Source: an uncultured bacterium
GTDB lineage: Bacteria > Margulisbacteria > WOR-1 > CAZGTC01
Direction of reading: 5' to 3'
DNA: 64,000 nucleotides
Assembly: GCA_964528395.1 (NCBI GenBank)
Contig: CAZGTC010000004.1
Location: forward strand, 26,840-90,839
The notes below the pieces were generated by a model. The model was not told the origin of the DNA, did not search any database, and saw only the letters and a list, made by a program, of their open reading frames with translations. The position numbers were made by a program, and so were the translations under genes. Positions 29,541 through 39,249 of this stretch are shown here, in pieces. How positions within the stretch are numbered: the first letter of the stretch is position 1; the number at the start of each line of letters is the position of its first letter.

Positions 29541-30658
29541 TGCGGATCGTGCATTTTGCCGAATCTTCGCTCCCCTACATTTCTGGCATAACCATTGCCC
29601 TGAACCATTTAATTAAAGAGCAAAAAAAACAGGGGCATGAAGTTTTGCTGTTTGCCCCGCATTATCCCGAAGTGCAGGAAGAAGAAAATATTATCCGCTT
29701 GCTATCAATTGCCAGCCACTACCCCAAGCACCGCGTTCCCCTGCCTTTTGGCATGAAAAAAGACCTGGAAAAATTCCAGCCAGAAGTGATTCATGTGCAC
29801 GCGCCTTTTGTTACAGGAATCGCGGCACTTTATCATGCCAAAAGGTTAAAGATCCCGGTGGTTTATACTTTTCATACCCAGTTTGACAAGTATTTGCACC
29901 ATGTTCCACTGGTCCCGCATTTCTTTATAAAACAGCCGCTTCGCAAGTATTTGCGCTGGTTTGGAAACCGGGTTAATTCTGTGATTGCACCAACCTCTAC
30001 CATGAAAGATTATTTATTGCAGCTAAAAATTAAAAAACCGATTGCAGTTATTCCAAATGGATTGAGTTTCCCAGAGATAAATGAAGATAAATCTGCCTTG
30101 AGAAAAAAACTGGGACTGCCCCAGGACAAAAAACTGCTCATATATTTGGGGAGATTGTCCAAAGAAAAAAATTTGAACTTTTTACTAAAAGCCTTTAGTC
30201 TGATTCTCAAGGCTGACCCAAAAATCCTTTTGATACTTGTAGCCCATGGTCCACAAAAAAATCAATTAGAAAAACTCAGTCATTCTCTTAATATATATAA
30301 TAATGTAATGTTCGTAGGCGAAGTTAGCAACCTCGAAGCCTACTCTTACCTAAAAGCCTGTGACCTTTTTGTGTTTGCCTCAAAAACTGAGACCCAGGGA
30401 TTAGTGGTAGCTGAAGCCGCATCCCAAGGCTTACCTGTGGTTGCAATAGATGCAGACGGGGTTTGCGAAGGAGTCATAAATAACCAAACGGGTTTTCTCG
30501 TAGAAGAAAAAGAAATTATATTTAGAGACTCTGTATTAAAATTATTACGAAATGCCTCCCTTTCTCAAGATTTTTCCCAAGCTGGAGAAAAATTTGTAAG
30601 GGCAAAATTTGGCATTAAAAAAACCGCGCAAGCTATAAGCCTCCTATACTGCCCCTAA
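29540..30658 (+). CDS. Glycosyltransferase family 4.
   Basis: GT-B fold. E-x7-E-like C-terminal motif (FVFASKTETQGLVVAEAASQGLPVVA). Confidence 0.7.
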   Translation: MRIVHFAESSLPYISGITIALNHLIKEQKKQGHEVLLFAPHYPEVQEEENIIRLLSIASHYPKHRVPLPFGMKKDLEKFQPEVIHVHAPFVTGIAALYHAKRLKIPVVYTFHTQFDKYLHHVPLVPHFFIKQPLRKYLRWFGNRVNSVIAPTSTMKDYLLQLKIKKPIAVIPNGLSFPEINEDKSALRKKLGLPQDKKLLIYLGRLSKEKNLNFLLKAFSLILKADPKILLILVAHGPQKNQLEKLSHSLNIYNNVMFVGEVSNLEAYSYLKACDLFVFASKTETQGLVVAEAASQGLPVVAIDADGVCEGVINNQTGFLVEEKEIIFRDSVLKLLRNASLSQDFSQAGEKFVRAKFGIKKTAQAISLLYCP

Positions 30659-30699
30659 AAAAATCTTTTTTCAAAAATGAAATTTTATCTTGTTTTGCA

Positions 30700-30718
30700 C
30701 GATATATATATGGGAAGA
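30700..30718 (+). promoter_or_regulatory. Locus motif instance 1: CGATATATATATGGGAAGA upstream of the 385-aa gene.
   Basis: One of five copies of CGATATATATAT, here 37 nt upstream of the ATG, with an AGGGGA RBS closer to the start. Confidence 0.5.
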
Positions 30719-30749
30719 CAAAATCCTTTGATAAAACAGGGGAAAAAAT

Positions 30750-31907
30750 ATGAGCATAAATCCAATAGGTTCAACATATACAATCCCTAGAAATCTCCAA
30801 GCTCCTTTGGAACGTATACAAAGGCGCACTAATCTTCAAAGAACTTTAATATTAAAAAATGTTTTGCCCCAAGCAATTCAAGCCGCGGTTTTGACTTCTG
30901 CTGGATATATTGGATTTGGAGAAACACTCTTTACTATTGGACTCGGAAGTGCTGCCACCCTAGCCATTGCAACCCGCTGGATAAGATGGGGCCTTCATAG
31001 CATTGATAGATGGTTAATCGGAAAAAGGCTGGCCAAAGAAATTACCAGAACAGAAGAAGCTGGGATTTTTTCCGAAGCCCGTCCAATTCTATCTCAATAC
31101 ATTTTTAGTTTTGATGATTTATCTTTTCCCAAATATTTGGGCACTAAACCCTATGATTACTTAGCCAAGCGGGGAATAACTGCCAAGATAAGAGAATCTC
31201 AAGCTATAGATTTTAACGACTCGCCTCCCCCACAACTGACTGACATTTCCAAAACAGAGGAAAAAACTATTCCTGGCGCAAATTTAATCAAGCTTTTACA
31301 AGGGTCCCCATCCCAAAAAATTCTTGCGTTAAAAAGCCTTATCCGCGGAAGTTCTTTTGGCCTGCATGAGCTTTTAGATGAATTTGCCATAAAACTCGCT
31401 TCTTTCTTAGAAAACACTGATAATGAAATACAAATACAATCCGTCGAAGAACTTACTGTAAAGGATAAGCCCCTTATTCTCCAACAATTGGGATTGTTGA
31501 TCCAAGGCATAGAACAACGCAAGCTAAAAGAGGGGATCAGCGAAGCAGAAGATCAAAAGCGGCAAGCACTATGCGCACTACAAAATGAAATTAATGCACT
31601 AAAAGATGGAACTCCTTTTGAAACAATCTATCGATTATATTCTAATATCCTAATTTTAAACCAGGGGATCAAAATGGGTACTCCTTATGAAATAGACGGC
31701 AAAACACTTATTTCCATAGAAGATATAGTTACAGAACTTGAAAAAAATCCTACTTTGTATAATCCAACTATGGTAAAGGACGCAAAACAAGCTTTTTTTG
31801 AACTTAAAAAGATCGTGCCCAAAGGAGCAGCTCCTGCTGCAACAGGGACTCCAGAGGCTGCTTCAGGGGGAGCTCCAGCTGCTCCTAAAAAAGCCGGGGG
31901 TAAATAA
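30750..31907 (+). CDS. Hypothetical membrane-associated protein with Ala/Pro-rich C-terminus; first gene of the giant-protein locus.
   Basis: One hydrophobic segment (AVLTSAGYIGFGETLFTIGLGSAATLAIA). C-terminus PKGAAPAATGTPEAASGGAPAAPKK. Preceded by the locus motif. Confidence 0.4.
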   Translation: MSINPIGSTYTIPRNLQAPLERIQRRTNLQRTLILKNVLPQAIQAAVLTSAGYIGFGETLFTIGLGSAATLAIATRWIRWGLHSIDRWLIGKRLAKEITRTEEAGIFSEARPILSQYIFSFDDLSFPKYLGTKPYDYLAKRGITAKIRESQAIDFNDSPPPQLTDISKTEEKTIPGANLIKLLQGSPSQKILALKSLIRGSSFGLHELLDEFAIKLASFLENTDNEIQIQSVEELTVKDKPLILQQLGLLIQGIEQRKLKEGISEAEDQKRQALCALQNEINALKDGTPFETIYRLYSNILILNQGIKMGTPYEIDGKTLISIEDIVTELEKNPTLYNPTMVKDAKQAFFELKKIVPKGAAPAATGTPEAASGGAPAAPKKAGGK

Positions 31908-31909
31908 AA

Positions 31910-34900
31910 ATGAGACCTTTCTTTAATCAATTTACTAGGCCAAACCTTTTTAATCCATATGGTTTAGGATCACATAACATTGGGGAAGGGATTGGACGGC
32001 TAGGGAGAACCCTTTTATTTCCACGTGTACATTGTAAAGGAGAAGGCGGCCCCCCCAGTGCCCCTTCTGCCCCAGCTGCCGGAGTTTCTACCGCCCCTGC
32101 GCAAGCCGCTGCTGGCAAAGTCATTCAGAGCGCCTTATTCATTGAACGAGCTCGGTTGTTTAGCCTCTTAGATCCTACAAATAAAGACTTAACCCAACAA
32201 ACCAGAATTTTAGAAGGTTATGCTCATGGGCAATATCCAATATTCGACAATGTCTTAGCCGGAAACACATTTCAAACGCTTATTTCTCACAACAGCCCGC
32301 TAAATCAATCTGGTTTGGCTGAAAAAGCACTAGATCGATTAGGCGGACTAAATCTTAGGAACAGGGAAATTAATCCTGCGGATGCTTATATGCAAATGAA
32401 AAGCATTGAAAGGATCTTAAATGAAACCCTTTATAATCGCTTGCTCATGTTTTTAGAAAATGGTACTCTCGCAACCCAAAGAGGCCTTCTCTTGTTTTTT
32501 TATCAATATGCCCTTATTACCAAGGGGGAAGAAAATGTAAAAATTAATGTCCCCCCAGAGCTAAAAACCGCTCTTGATAATGCAAAAAAAACCATGGCCG
32601 CAGAATGGGCACAAGAAAATGAACGCCTAAAAGCCATGGGCCAGGCTCCTGCCACACAAACTGATTTTGCACGTTTGATCTACGATGAAGGGAAGTTATC
32701 TCTTGCCAATATTATGGCAAAGCCCGGCGAAGCTGGAAGAGAAATGAGGACCATTGACCTTGAAACTGTTCTGGACGCCTTTAGAAATGAAAAAAGCAGC
32801 GACTTAATTCGCTCGGCCTTAAGGCATGCCCTGGCCAGTATTTTTGCCGGCCAAGAAAAAGATATGTTTCTCCAAATAACTACATCCCTTGAAGCCAATC
32901 AATTAGAGCAGCTTCCGCTTACCTTAAAAATAGCTCGTATTCTGTTTCAAACTCTTAATTCGCCAGAAAAAAAATCAAGACTCTACTCTCTTATATTTAA
33001 TTTTTATAGGGATAATCCTAACTCCCCCCTGAAAGAAGAAATACTAGATACCTTGGTCACTTTTAAATATGACGCCTTTGTCCATCCTAGCCGAAAATAT
33101 GCCGAGGACATGATCCAGCAAGAACTAGATCCTAATTCTCAAACTCCGCTGCGCAAAGCTGCAGGATCCAAGGCCGCAGAACCAATCGTCCTTCCCAAAA
33201 ATCGCGACCTTATGCTATATGTAGAAAAAATCTGTAAGGAATTAGGCGGGGAGCTTGTCAGCGCTATTTGCACTTTGGTAAAAGAAAAAAACATGCCAAA
33301 ATCACTTAGGGCAACTAATGGAAAAGCCGTAGAATCAACGGATATTTATAATAAATCCCAAGATGAGCTAAGCCAAAGGATTAGGGCTTTGAGCCAAACC
33401 GCGCAAAGGGTTTTTTGGGCTGCAGCTGATACCAGCGATCCGGATAAATTGCCAAACGAAGTATCTATGATCGGGAATTTGGATGCTTTTATTGAACTTA
33501 TCCAATTTATGATAAAAGAATTCAAGTTTGACCCCAGCTTACCAGGAAAAGTCATGTTGAGTAAGGCTGGCGCTGGAAGCCGCAGCGGCTTATTGGGCCT
33601 AGCTGAGGCCATTGACAAAGGCACAATTCGCTTAGGAAGAACTGCTTTTGAAACTATTTCCACTTTTGCTGCGGTCATTGTTTTATCACAACTGCCTGAC
33701 CATGGCAAAGGCTGGATCGTATTTACAGGCTGCGACCAGATGCTGATTCCTTATGGAGGAGACAATTTAACAATTGGAAGACATAAGGTTGTTGATTATG
33801 AAAAAAACACGGGCACAAAACTTCCGGGATTAATTATTACAACCGTTAGAGCTGAAGTCGAAGGATCTACCAATGCTGATGATTATAAATATTTATGCGG
33901 ATTAGGCAATGTTATTATTACTTCCAAGGACCTGCGCACAGATGTTGATGAAAAATCCAAAACTCCCGAAGGCCTGCGCCTAGCTTTTGTAGAAAAACCC
34001 AAAACCGTAGAACTTTTAAGGGAACAATTAAGAAAAGCCACTCTCTTTTCTGTTTTGGGAAAAGAAAACAATTGGGGTTCCAACTTAAAAAATTTTCTTA
34101 AGGGTAAAAACTTAGGGGGGGTTCCAGTAGAAGATTTATTTCTTGCCTGCGCTCAAGATTTAAACGTTACGCTCACATATTCCGGAAGTTTGAGAGATTA
34201 TTTTCTTGAAGTAGCTCGCGGGGAAAAAACCTTAGGCAATCCTAAACTGAATGCATTGGCTAAAGGCTTTATGTACACTTATATTAATACCTTTGTTATG
34301 TCCGCACGAGTAGAGATTGCAAAAATGCTTACCGAAGTATATGAAATGCCAACCGAAACAGATTCCTCCAGCATTTTAAGAAAAATATTTACCCAAGATC
34401 CTTATTTTGATTGGTCTCAATTGCTTATGGAAGCCATGGTCATTGGAAAAGACGAGCACCGCTATAAACCCGCAGCTAAAATACAAGGGGAATGGGAAAA
34501 TTTAAGGAAATGCAGCCAAAGATATGCCCGTATTTTATCTGAAATAGATGCTGATTTTGCAACAAGCCTTAATTTGCCCGCAAATTTTGATCTACCAGAA
34601 AATATGCCAACATCAATAAGCCCAGAACTAAACCAAAAGATAGAAGCTTTGGTTTGTCTAAGAGCCTGGGAAATTCGCAAAAGAAAAACCGAGGGATGGC
34701 AAAAGGTTGAACTAAATGACTGGATGCGGCTCTGGTGGGCAGCGCGAAAAATAGAACATTCCGCCAACGGACTAGGCGTAGCAGTAGCAGATTATTTTTC
34801 TGATACTGGAACCGTGGTAGAAGTTTTTAAGGTTTATTTTCAGATATTTTTTGATGAAAATAGAGCTGATCCTTATTTGAATAAAGACTATGCAGAAATC

Positions 34901-35548
34901 CAGCGCTTTTCACAAGGGCTTAGTACAACCCCAATACAAGGGCAAAATCGCTTTGTAAACTTTGAAAAAGGCATAAAATTTGGAGGAGAATCTCTAAATG
35001 AAGAACAGCTTTCACGCTTAAATACCTCAACTGATCCAATAACCATAAATGGGGTAACAATCCAAAATCCTAGATTTACTTATATTGGAGAAGGAACCGA
35101 GCTTGCGCAGGGTACAACCGTAGAACCATGGTCCATTCTTTTGCAAGCTAAATTGGGACAATCTACCCATATCCCTTCTTACTGTATTATAAATGGCGCT
35201 AATATCCCAAAAGCTCAAGTGGTATTTCCTGAACAAGAGCTTCCAAAAATTAAAGGGAAAAATGAGCAGGAACGAATTGCGCGGCCAGATGAAATAAAAC
35301 CCGGACACATGAGAATTATCTATGACCAGACATATGAAGGAGAAAAAACTCTGGTAATTGAGCCAAGTACTTTACATGGAAGCATTGAATTAATGGATAG
35401 CTTAAGGGCTCAAGCTTTGCAAGACATTAACGACGCAAAAATAAAAGGCCAAGTCCCCGGAGTTGGCATTGGTTTTGACCATTTAGCCAGCGCAGTACAA
35501 GCCTTTCCTAGGAGATTGCCCAGGGCAATTGATGGGGGGAAAAAATAA
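31910..35548 (+). CDS. Giant hypothetical protein (1212 aa), Ala/Pro-rich N-terminus, possible nucleotidyltransferase-like glycine loop.
   Basis: Long uninterrupted ORF starting 2 nt after the previous stop. KAGAGSRSGLLG resembles the G-x-G-(T/S)-R loop of sugar nucleotidyltransferases, a weak match. Confidence 0.45.
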   Translation: MRPFFNQFTRPNLFNPYGLGSHNIGEGIGRLGRTLLFPRVHCKGEGGPPSAPSAPAAGVSTAPAQAAAGKVIQSALFIERARLFSLLDPTNKDLTQQTRILEGYAHGQYPIFDNVLAGNTFQTLISHNSPLNQSGLAEKALDRLGGLNLRNREINPADAYMQMKSIERILNETLYNRLLMFLENGTLATQRGLLLFFYQYALITKGEENVKINVPPELKTALDNAKKTMAAEWAQENERLKAMGQAPATQTDFARLIYDEGKLSLANIMAKPGEAGREMRTIDLETVLDAFRNEKSSDLIRSALRHALASIFAGQEKDMFLQITTSLEANQLEQLPLTLKIARILFQTLNSPEKKSRLYSLIFNFYRDNPNSPLKEEILDTLVTFKYDAFVHPSRKYAEDMIQQELDPNSQTPLRKAAGSKAAEPIVLPKNRDLMLYVEKICKELGGELVSAICTLVKEKNMPKSLRATNGKAVESTDIYNKSQDELSQRIRALSQTAQRVFWAAADTSDPDKLPNEVSMIGNLDAFIELIQFMIKEFKFDPSLPGKVMLSKAGAGSRSGLLGLAEAIDKGTIRLGRTAFETISTFAAVIVLSQLPDHGKGWIVFTGCDQMLIPYGGDNLTIGRHKVVDYEKNTGTKLPGLIITTVRAEVEGSTNADDYKYLCGLGNVIITSKDLRTDVDEKSKTPEGLRLAFVEKPKTVELLREQLRKATLFSVLGKENNWGSNLKNFLKGKNLGGVPVEDLFLACAQDLNVTLTYSGSLRDYFLEVARGEKTLGNPKLNALAKGFMYTYINTFVMSARVEIAKMLTEVYEMPTETDSSSILRKIFTQDPYFDWSQLLMEAMVIGKDEHRYKPAAKIQGEWENLRKCSQRYARILSEIDADFATSLNLPANFDLPENMPTSISPELNQKIEALVCLRAWEIRKRKTEGWQKVELNDWMRLWWAARKIEHSANGLGVAVADYFSDTGTVVEVFKVYFQIFFDENRADPYLNKDYAEIQRFSQGLSTTPIQGQNRFVNFEKGIKFGGESLNEEQLSRLNTSTDPITINGVTIQNPRFTYIGEGTELAQGTTVEPWSILLQAKLGQSTHIPSYCIINGANIPKAQVVFPEQELPKIKGKNEQERIARPDEIKPGHMRIIYDQTYEGEKTLVIEPSTLHGSIELMDSLRAQALQDINDAKIKGQVPGVGIGFDHLASAVQAFPRRLPRAIDGGKK

Positions 35549-38500
35549 TGAGTATTATTAATAAAATAACCAGACTTTTTAAATCTACTTCTTCAGTGAC
35601 CAGCCCAAATACTATGGGGCCAAGAACCCAGCTAGCACTGGTTATGCTAAAACCCGGGGCCTTGGTAGCCTCACAATTTGTAGCCCAAGAACTAATCTCA
35701 AAGCTAGAGAAAATCCAAGGGGTATCCTCTATCCAAATAATCTGCCCTGAAATTTTTCCTTTTACTCCAGAAAAAGCGGATGCCTTTTATAAAAAACCTT
35801 TGGAAGGCAAACCTCCTGCATTAAAAAAAGAAATTGTTTCCCGCATGTCTGCAACTTCCGAAAACCCGGGTGAAGCCCAAACCCCGGTGATTGCTTTTAT
35901 TGTACGAGCAACTGTCGCCGGAGAAAAATCCCTTTATGAAATATTAAGGCAGCCAGATGTTATTGGCCCAACCTGGCCCATGGTTGGAGCTGGCGAAGGG
36001 AATATCGAAGTGGATGGGAAAACCATCCCAGCTTCTTTGGAAAAAATCAATGAGAGCTTGCGCCGCCAAGTTGAAGCGAGGTTTGGATTTAGCCCAACTA
36101 TTCGAGGCAATCCTAAAAATGCTTTTAATTTTATCCATTGTTCAGATAGCGAAAGAAATGCCTGGGAAGAAATCTCCCATCTTTTTAATCGTTCCGACCT
36201 GGAAAAATGGGGAATAGACAAAAAAACCCTGGATGCTATTTATCCAACCCCTCAAAACCCTAACCCTGTCAGCTACCCTTTCTTTAATTTAAACGGGCAA
36301 ATAACCATAAGCCAGTTTGCTTCGCCTCCAACTGATTTAGCTTTATTTATGCATGCTCAAAAGATTCTAGATAGAATAAATGCCCAACGCCAACAAACTG
36401 GACTAGCGACTTATCGAGATTTTAGTGCCCAAGCTCTTGAGCATATCTTATTGGATTGGGCAAGATGGTATCAAGTTCAAAACATTCCTTCCCAGCCCTT
36501 GGATAAAAATATTGCTACTTTAATCGGGCCAAGCGGATCCGGAAAAACATCCGTGGCTATGGCCTTATCCCAAGGCTTAGTAAACCTGGACGCTCTTAGT
36601 CCCAAAGGGCAAATTGTTCTTTATAATTTTCTACTTAAACATAAGCTTATTGATAAATTAGGAATAGTGTCAAAATATTTTATAGAGAATTTTGCTGGCA
36701 ACAAAGAAGAAGCATTTTTAAAATTAGTTGAGGGAGACAATACCCTGCAGCTAAACTGGAAAAAACATCTCTATTCTTATTTAAATAAAACAACTCAAGA
36801 AGCTGCGCAAGACTTTCAATTGGTTACACTTTCTACCAGCCGGGAGGGAGGAATTGAACCTGGAGAAGAAAGCCTAGGCACTAGATTTGAACACCTTATA
36901 AACATGGGCAGCTTCAAAGCGGTAGAACATTTTAGCGATGCAACCGGCAATATAGGCTATGGCATAAAAAAAGAACCCCTTCGCACTGCCCAAGAAAGAA
37001 ATTCCGGAATGATACTTATTGTAGCTGGGCCAGAAATAGCCAGACAACTAAATAGTTATACACTTTATATACAACCAGCTACAAACATTCAAGAATTTGA
37101 AGAAGCCACTTTTGAACGCTTAAAACAACGCGAACAAACCACGGGTCGCAAAGCCAAGGATAGGATTGCAGCTTCGGTTGCTCAATATAAAAATCTCGAA
37201 AGATTAGACTACGATTTTACAATAAACAATCCCTTAACTACAGAAGAACAACAAAAAAATCCTGATCCAGTTCAAATTAACCGTGATTTTTGCGCACTCG
37301 TACAACAAGCTAAAACAACATTACAAAATTTATCTGGAGCTCCCCAAGGGCTAGGAAGCGTAGCTGTTGATGCCGGAGCTTTTCCTCCTCGCGCCGCTCT
37401 CTTGCGCAATTCCCTGTCTGGGCTTTTGGATAAAGTTCAAAAAACTGCAACTGCAACCTTATTTAATCCTGAAGGCGAACCATTCAAGGTTTTACGAGCT
37501 TTCTTGCTTGAATGTTTCCAAATGAATGAATCTCGAACCATCATGAGCAAAAAAGAAAAAAGCGATGGGACAAAACCGCTCGAAAGCAATATGACTGCGG
37601 AGCAAAATCTCGTAGAATCTACAACTGGCCATATCCTAGGGGTAGTTGGCATGGCAAAAGCGGTTGCCACTTTGCCAGAAGTTAATTTATATGCAGCCAA
37701 AGGCCCTGGGTTTGCCAGCCTTTGCTTAGGAACCGAAGATCTTCATCGCGAACGCGAGCGAAATAATCTTCAAGCAATTAATAATCTTCTGGCCGCGAAG
37801 GCCGTTACCCTCGCCTATTTTTCAGAGTTTGGCTCAATAAAGGCAAAAGAATATTGGAACATGCTTATCAAGGAGAAACAGATTAAACCAAATGGCCAAA
37901 TTTCAAAATTTGAAGGAAAGTTAGAAGCGTTTAAATTACCAAAAGACATTTCTGAAGAGATAAGAATTAAACTTTTCAATATTTTACTACGCGCTCAAAT
38001 CATAAAAGAAGAAACCCTTTTGCGTTTAGCCCTCCTACATGACATCGGAAAAATGCAAGAACCGGATAAGCTCTATGGCCATGATCGCCAAAGCGCACAG
38101 CTTATTGCTGATTGCCGTTTGTTAAAAAATATTCCTTTTGATCCAGCTAATCCAAAAAAAGTAGATGACTTAAAAAGCAAATTAGAAAAAGCTCAAGCCG
38201 AGGGTAAAAGCCCAGAAGAAATCGATGATATAGAACGTGAATTCTATGCTGTCCAAAGCGATGAAATAGAAGCTAACCGCACAATTTTTACCTTGGCGAT
38301 TAAACACCACCATGCAATTGGCGGGACCTTTGAAGGCGGGGTTTCAACCCATCATTTTGGGGAAATTTTCCGCGATTCAGAAGTAAAGGGAATTTTAGAG
38401 GAGCCGGGTTGCGATTCTATTGGGCGAGCAACCTTGCTTATCAACTACCTTGCTGCTATAACTCTGTTGGATATAGGCGGGCATGGCCTGCTTTCAAACT

Positions 38501-39231
38501 TAAGGGCGGAACATTATCTGGCTATGAGAGAAAGATTAATTGCAACCGTATCAAAAACACAACCATTTTCAGCAGATCAAGTAGCTCAAGCTTTGGAAAA
38601 ACTTGCTGTTGCTGAAGATGCCCTAAAAAGATTAGGCGCCATCTTGGTTCCCAACCATCAACAAGGGGGATATTCTATCGCGGATAAAAGCCATAAAACA
38701 CTCGAGGATTATGGGGCTCAAGCCCGTCAGGATATAGACACAGCTCTACAAAATAACGTCATAAGCTCAAATGATTCTGATAATATTATTAAATATTTCC
38801 AATTTGTTGCCCTACGCTACTTTCCGCTCTGGCAATTGGCTGGAATAGAAGGGGAAAAATCAACAGTTGATAATCTTCCGCATATGCATCCAAGTGCTAT
38901 GCGCTTTATCTCATTACTAGTTAACATCGCCCGAAAGGTAAAAGACAAAATTGAAGTTGTTGTTGTAGATAAAAACAACCACCTTGTGGTAGCTTCTGAC
39001 CAAGCAACTGCCAGCCAAAAAATCCATGAAATACTCTCCAAAAATATTGCAGGGGATGTTAATTCTAAAATTACGGGCGATATTTCTACTGGATTATCTA
39101 TAAGCGGGGCCGAACAAAAAATAGAAATACAGATACAAATGCCTAGCAATAATGGCGAGCCAGCTAAGGTAAGCATAAAACTTATGGAGCTTGAAAACCA
39201 AGTCTTAAGAAAAAACGGAGATGGAAAATAA
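35548..39231 (+). CDS. Giant multidomain protein (1227 aa): NDK-like domain, P-loop (nucleotide-kinase-like) domain and HD phosphohydrolase domain.
   Basis: aa ~25-215 align with NDK (LKPG, FY, TIRGN, NFIHCSDSERNAWEEISHLF versus NxxHGSDSxxxAxxEIxxWF). Walker A LIGPSGSGKTS at aa ~327. HD motifs LALLHDIGK and KHHHAIGG at aa ~830-900. Confidence 0.55.
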   Translation: MSIINKITRLFKSTSSVTSPNTMGPRTQLALVMLKPGALVASQFVAQELISKLEKIQGVSSIQIICPEIFPFTPEKADAFYKKPLEGKPPALKKEIVSRMSATSENPGEAQTPVIAFIVRATVAGEKSLYEILRQPDVIGPTWPMVGAGEGNIEVDGKTIPASLEKINESLRRQVEARFGFSPTIRGNPKNAFNFIHCSDSERNAWEEISHLFNRSDLEKWGIDKKTLDAIYPTPQNPNPVSYPFFNLNGQITISQFASPPTDLALFMHAQKILDRINAQRQQTGLATYRDFSAQALEHILLDWARWYQVQNIPSQPLDKNIATLIGPSGSGKTSVAMALSQGLVNLDALSPKGQIVLYNFLLKHKLIDKLGIVSKYFIENFAGNKEEAFLKLVEGDNTLQLNWKKHLYSYLNKTTQEAAQDFQLVTLSTSREGGIEPGEESLGTRFEHLINMGSFKAVEHFSDATGNIGYGIKKEPLRTAQERNSGMILIVAGPEIARQLNSYTLYIQPATNIQEFEEATFERLKQREQTTGRKAKDRIAASVAQYKNLERLDYDFTINNPLTTEEQQKNPDPVQINRDFCALVQQAKTTLQNLSGAPQGLGSVAVDAGAFPPRAALLRNSLSGLLDKVQKTATATLFNPEGEPFKVLRAFLLECFQMNESRTIMSKKEKSDGTKPLESNMTAEQNLVESTTGHILGVVGMAKAVATLPEVNLYAAKGPGFASLCLGTEDLHRERERNNLQAINNLLAAKAVTLAYFSEFGSIKAKEYWNMLIKEKQIKPNGQISKFEGKLEAFKLPKDISEEIRIKLFNILLRAQIIKEETLLRLALLHDIGKMQEPDKLYGHDRQSAQLIADCRLLKNIPFDPANPKKVDDLKSKLEKAQAEGKSPEEIDDIEREFYAVQSDEIEANRTIFTLAIKHHHAIGGTFEGGVSTHHFGEIFRDSEVKGILEEPGCDSIGRATLLINYLAAITLLDIGGHGLLSNLRAEHYLAMRERLIATVSKTQPFSADQVAQALEKLAVAEDALKRLGAILVPNHQQGGYSIADKSHKTLEDYGAQARQDIDTALQNNVISSNDSDNIIKYFQFVALRYFPLWQLAGIEGEKSTVDNLPHMHPSAMRFISLLVNIARKVKDKIEVVVVDKNNHLVVASDQATASQKIHEILSKNIAGDVNSKITGDISTGLSISGAEQKIEIQIQMPSNNGEPAKVSIKLMELENQVLRKNGDGK

Positions 39232-39249
39232 GACAAAACTGAAGTTTTT

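Noticed and set aside
30285-30300. The AT-alternating stretch AATATATATAATAATG, which resembles the locus motif.
   Set aside because: It lies inside the coding sequence of the GT4 gene (codons for SLNIYNNVMF). It lacks the CGA prefix and the GAGGGA element. Coincidental.
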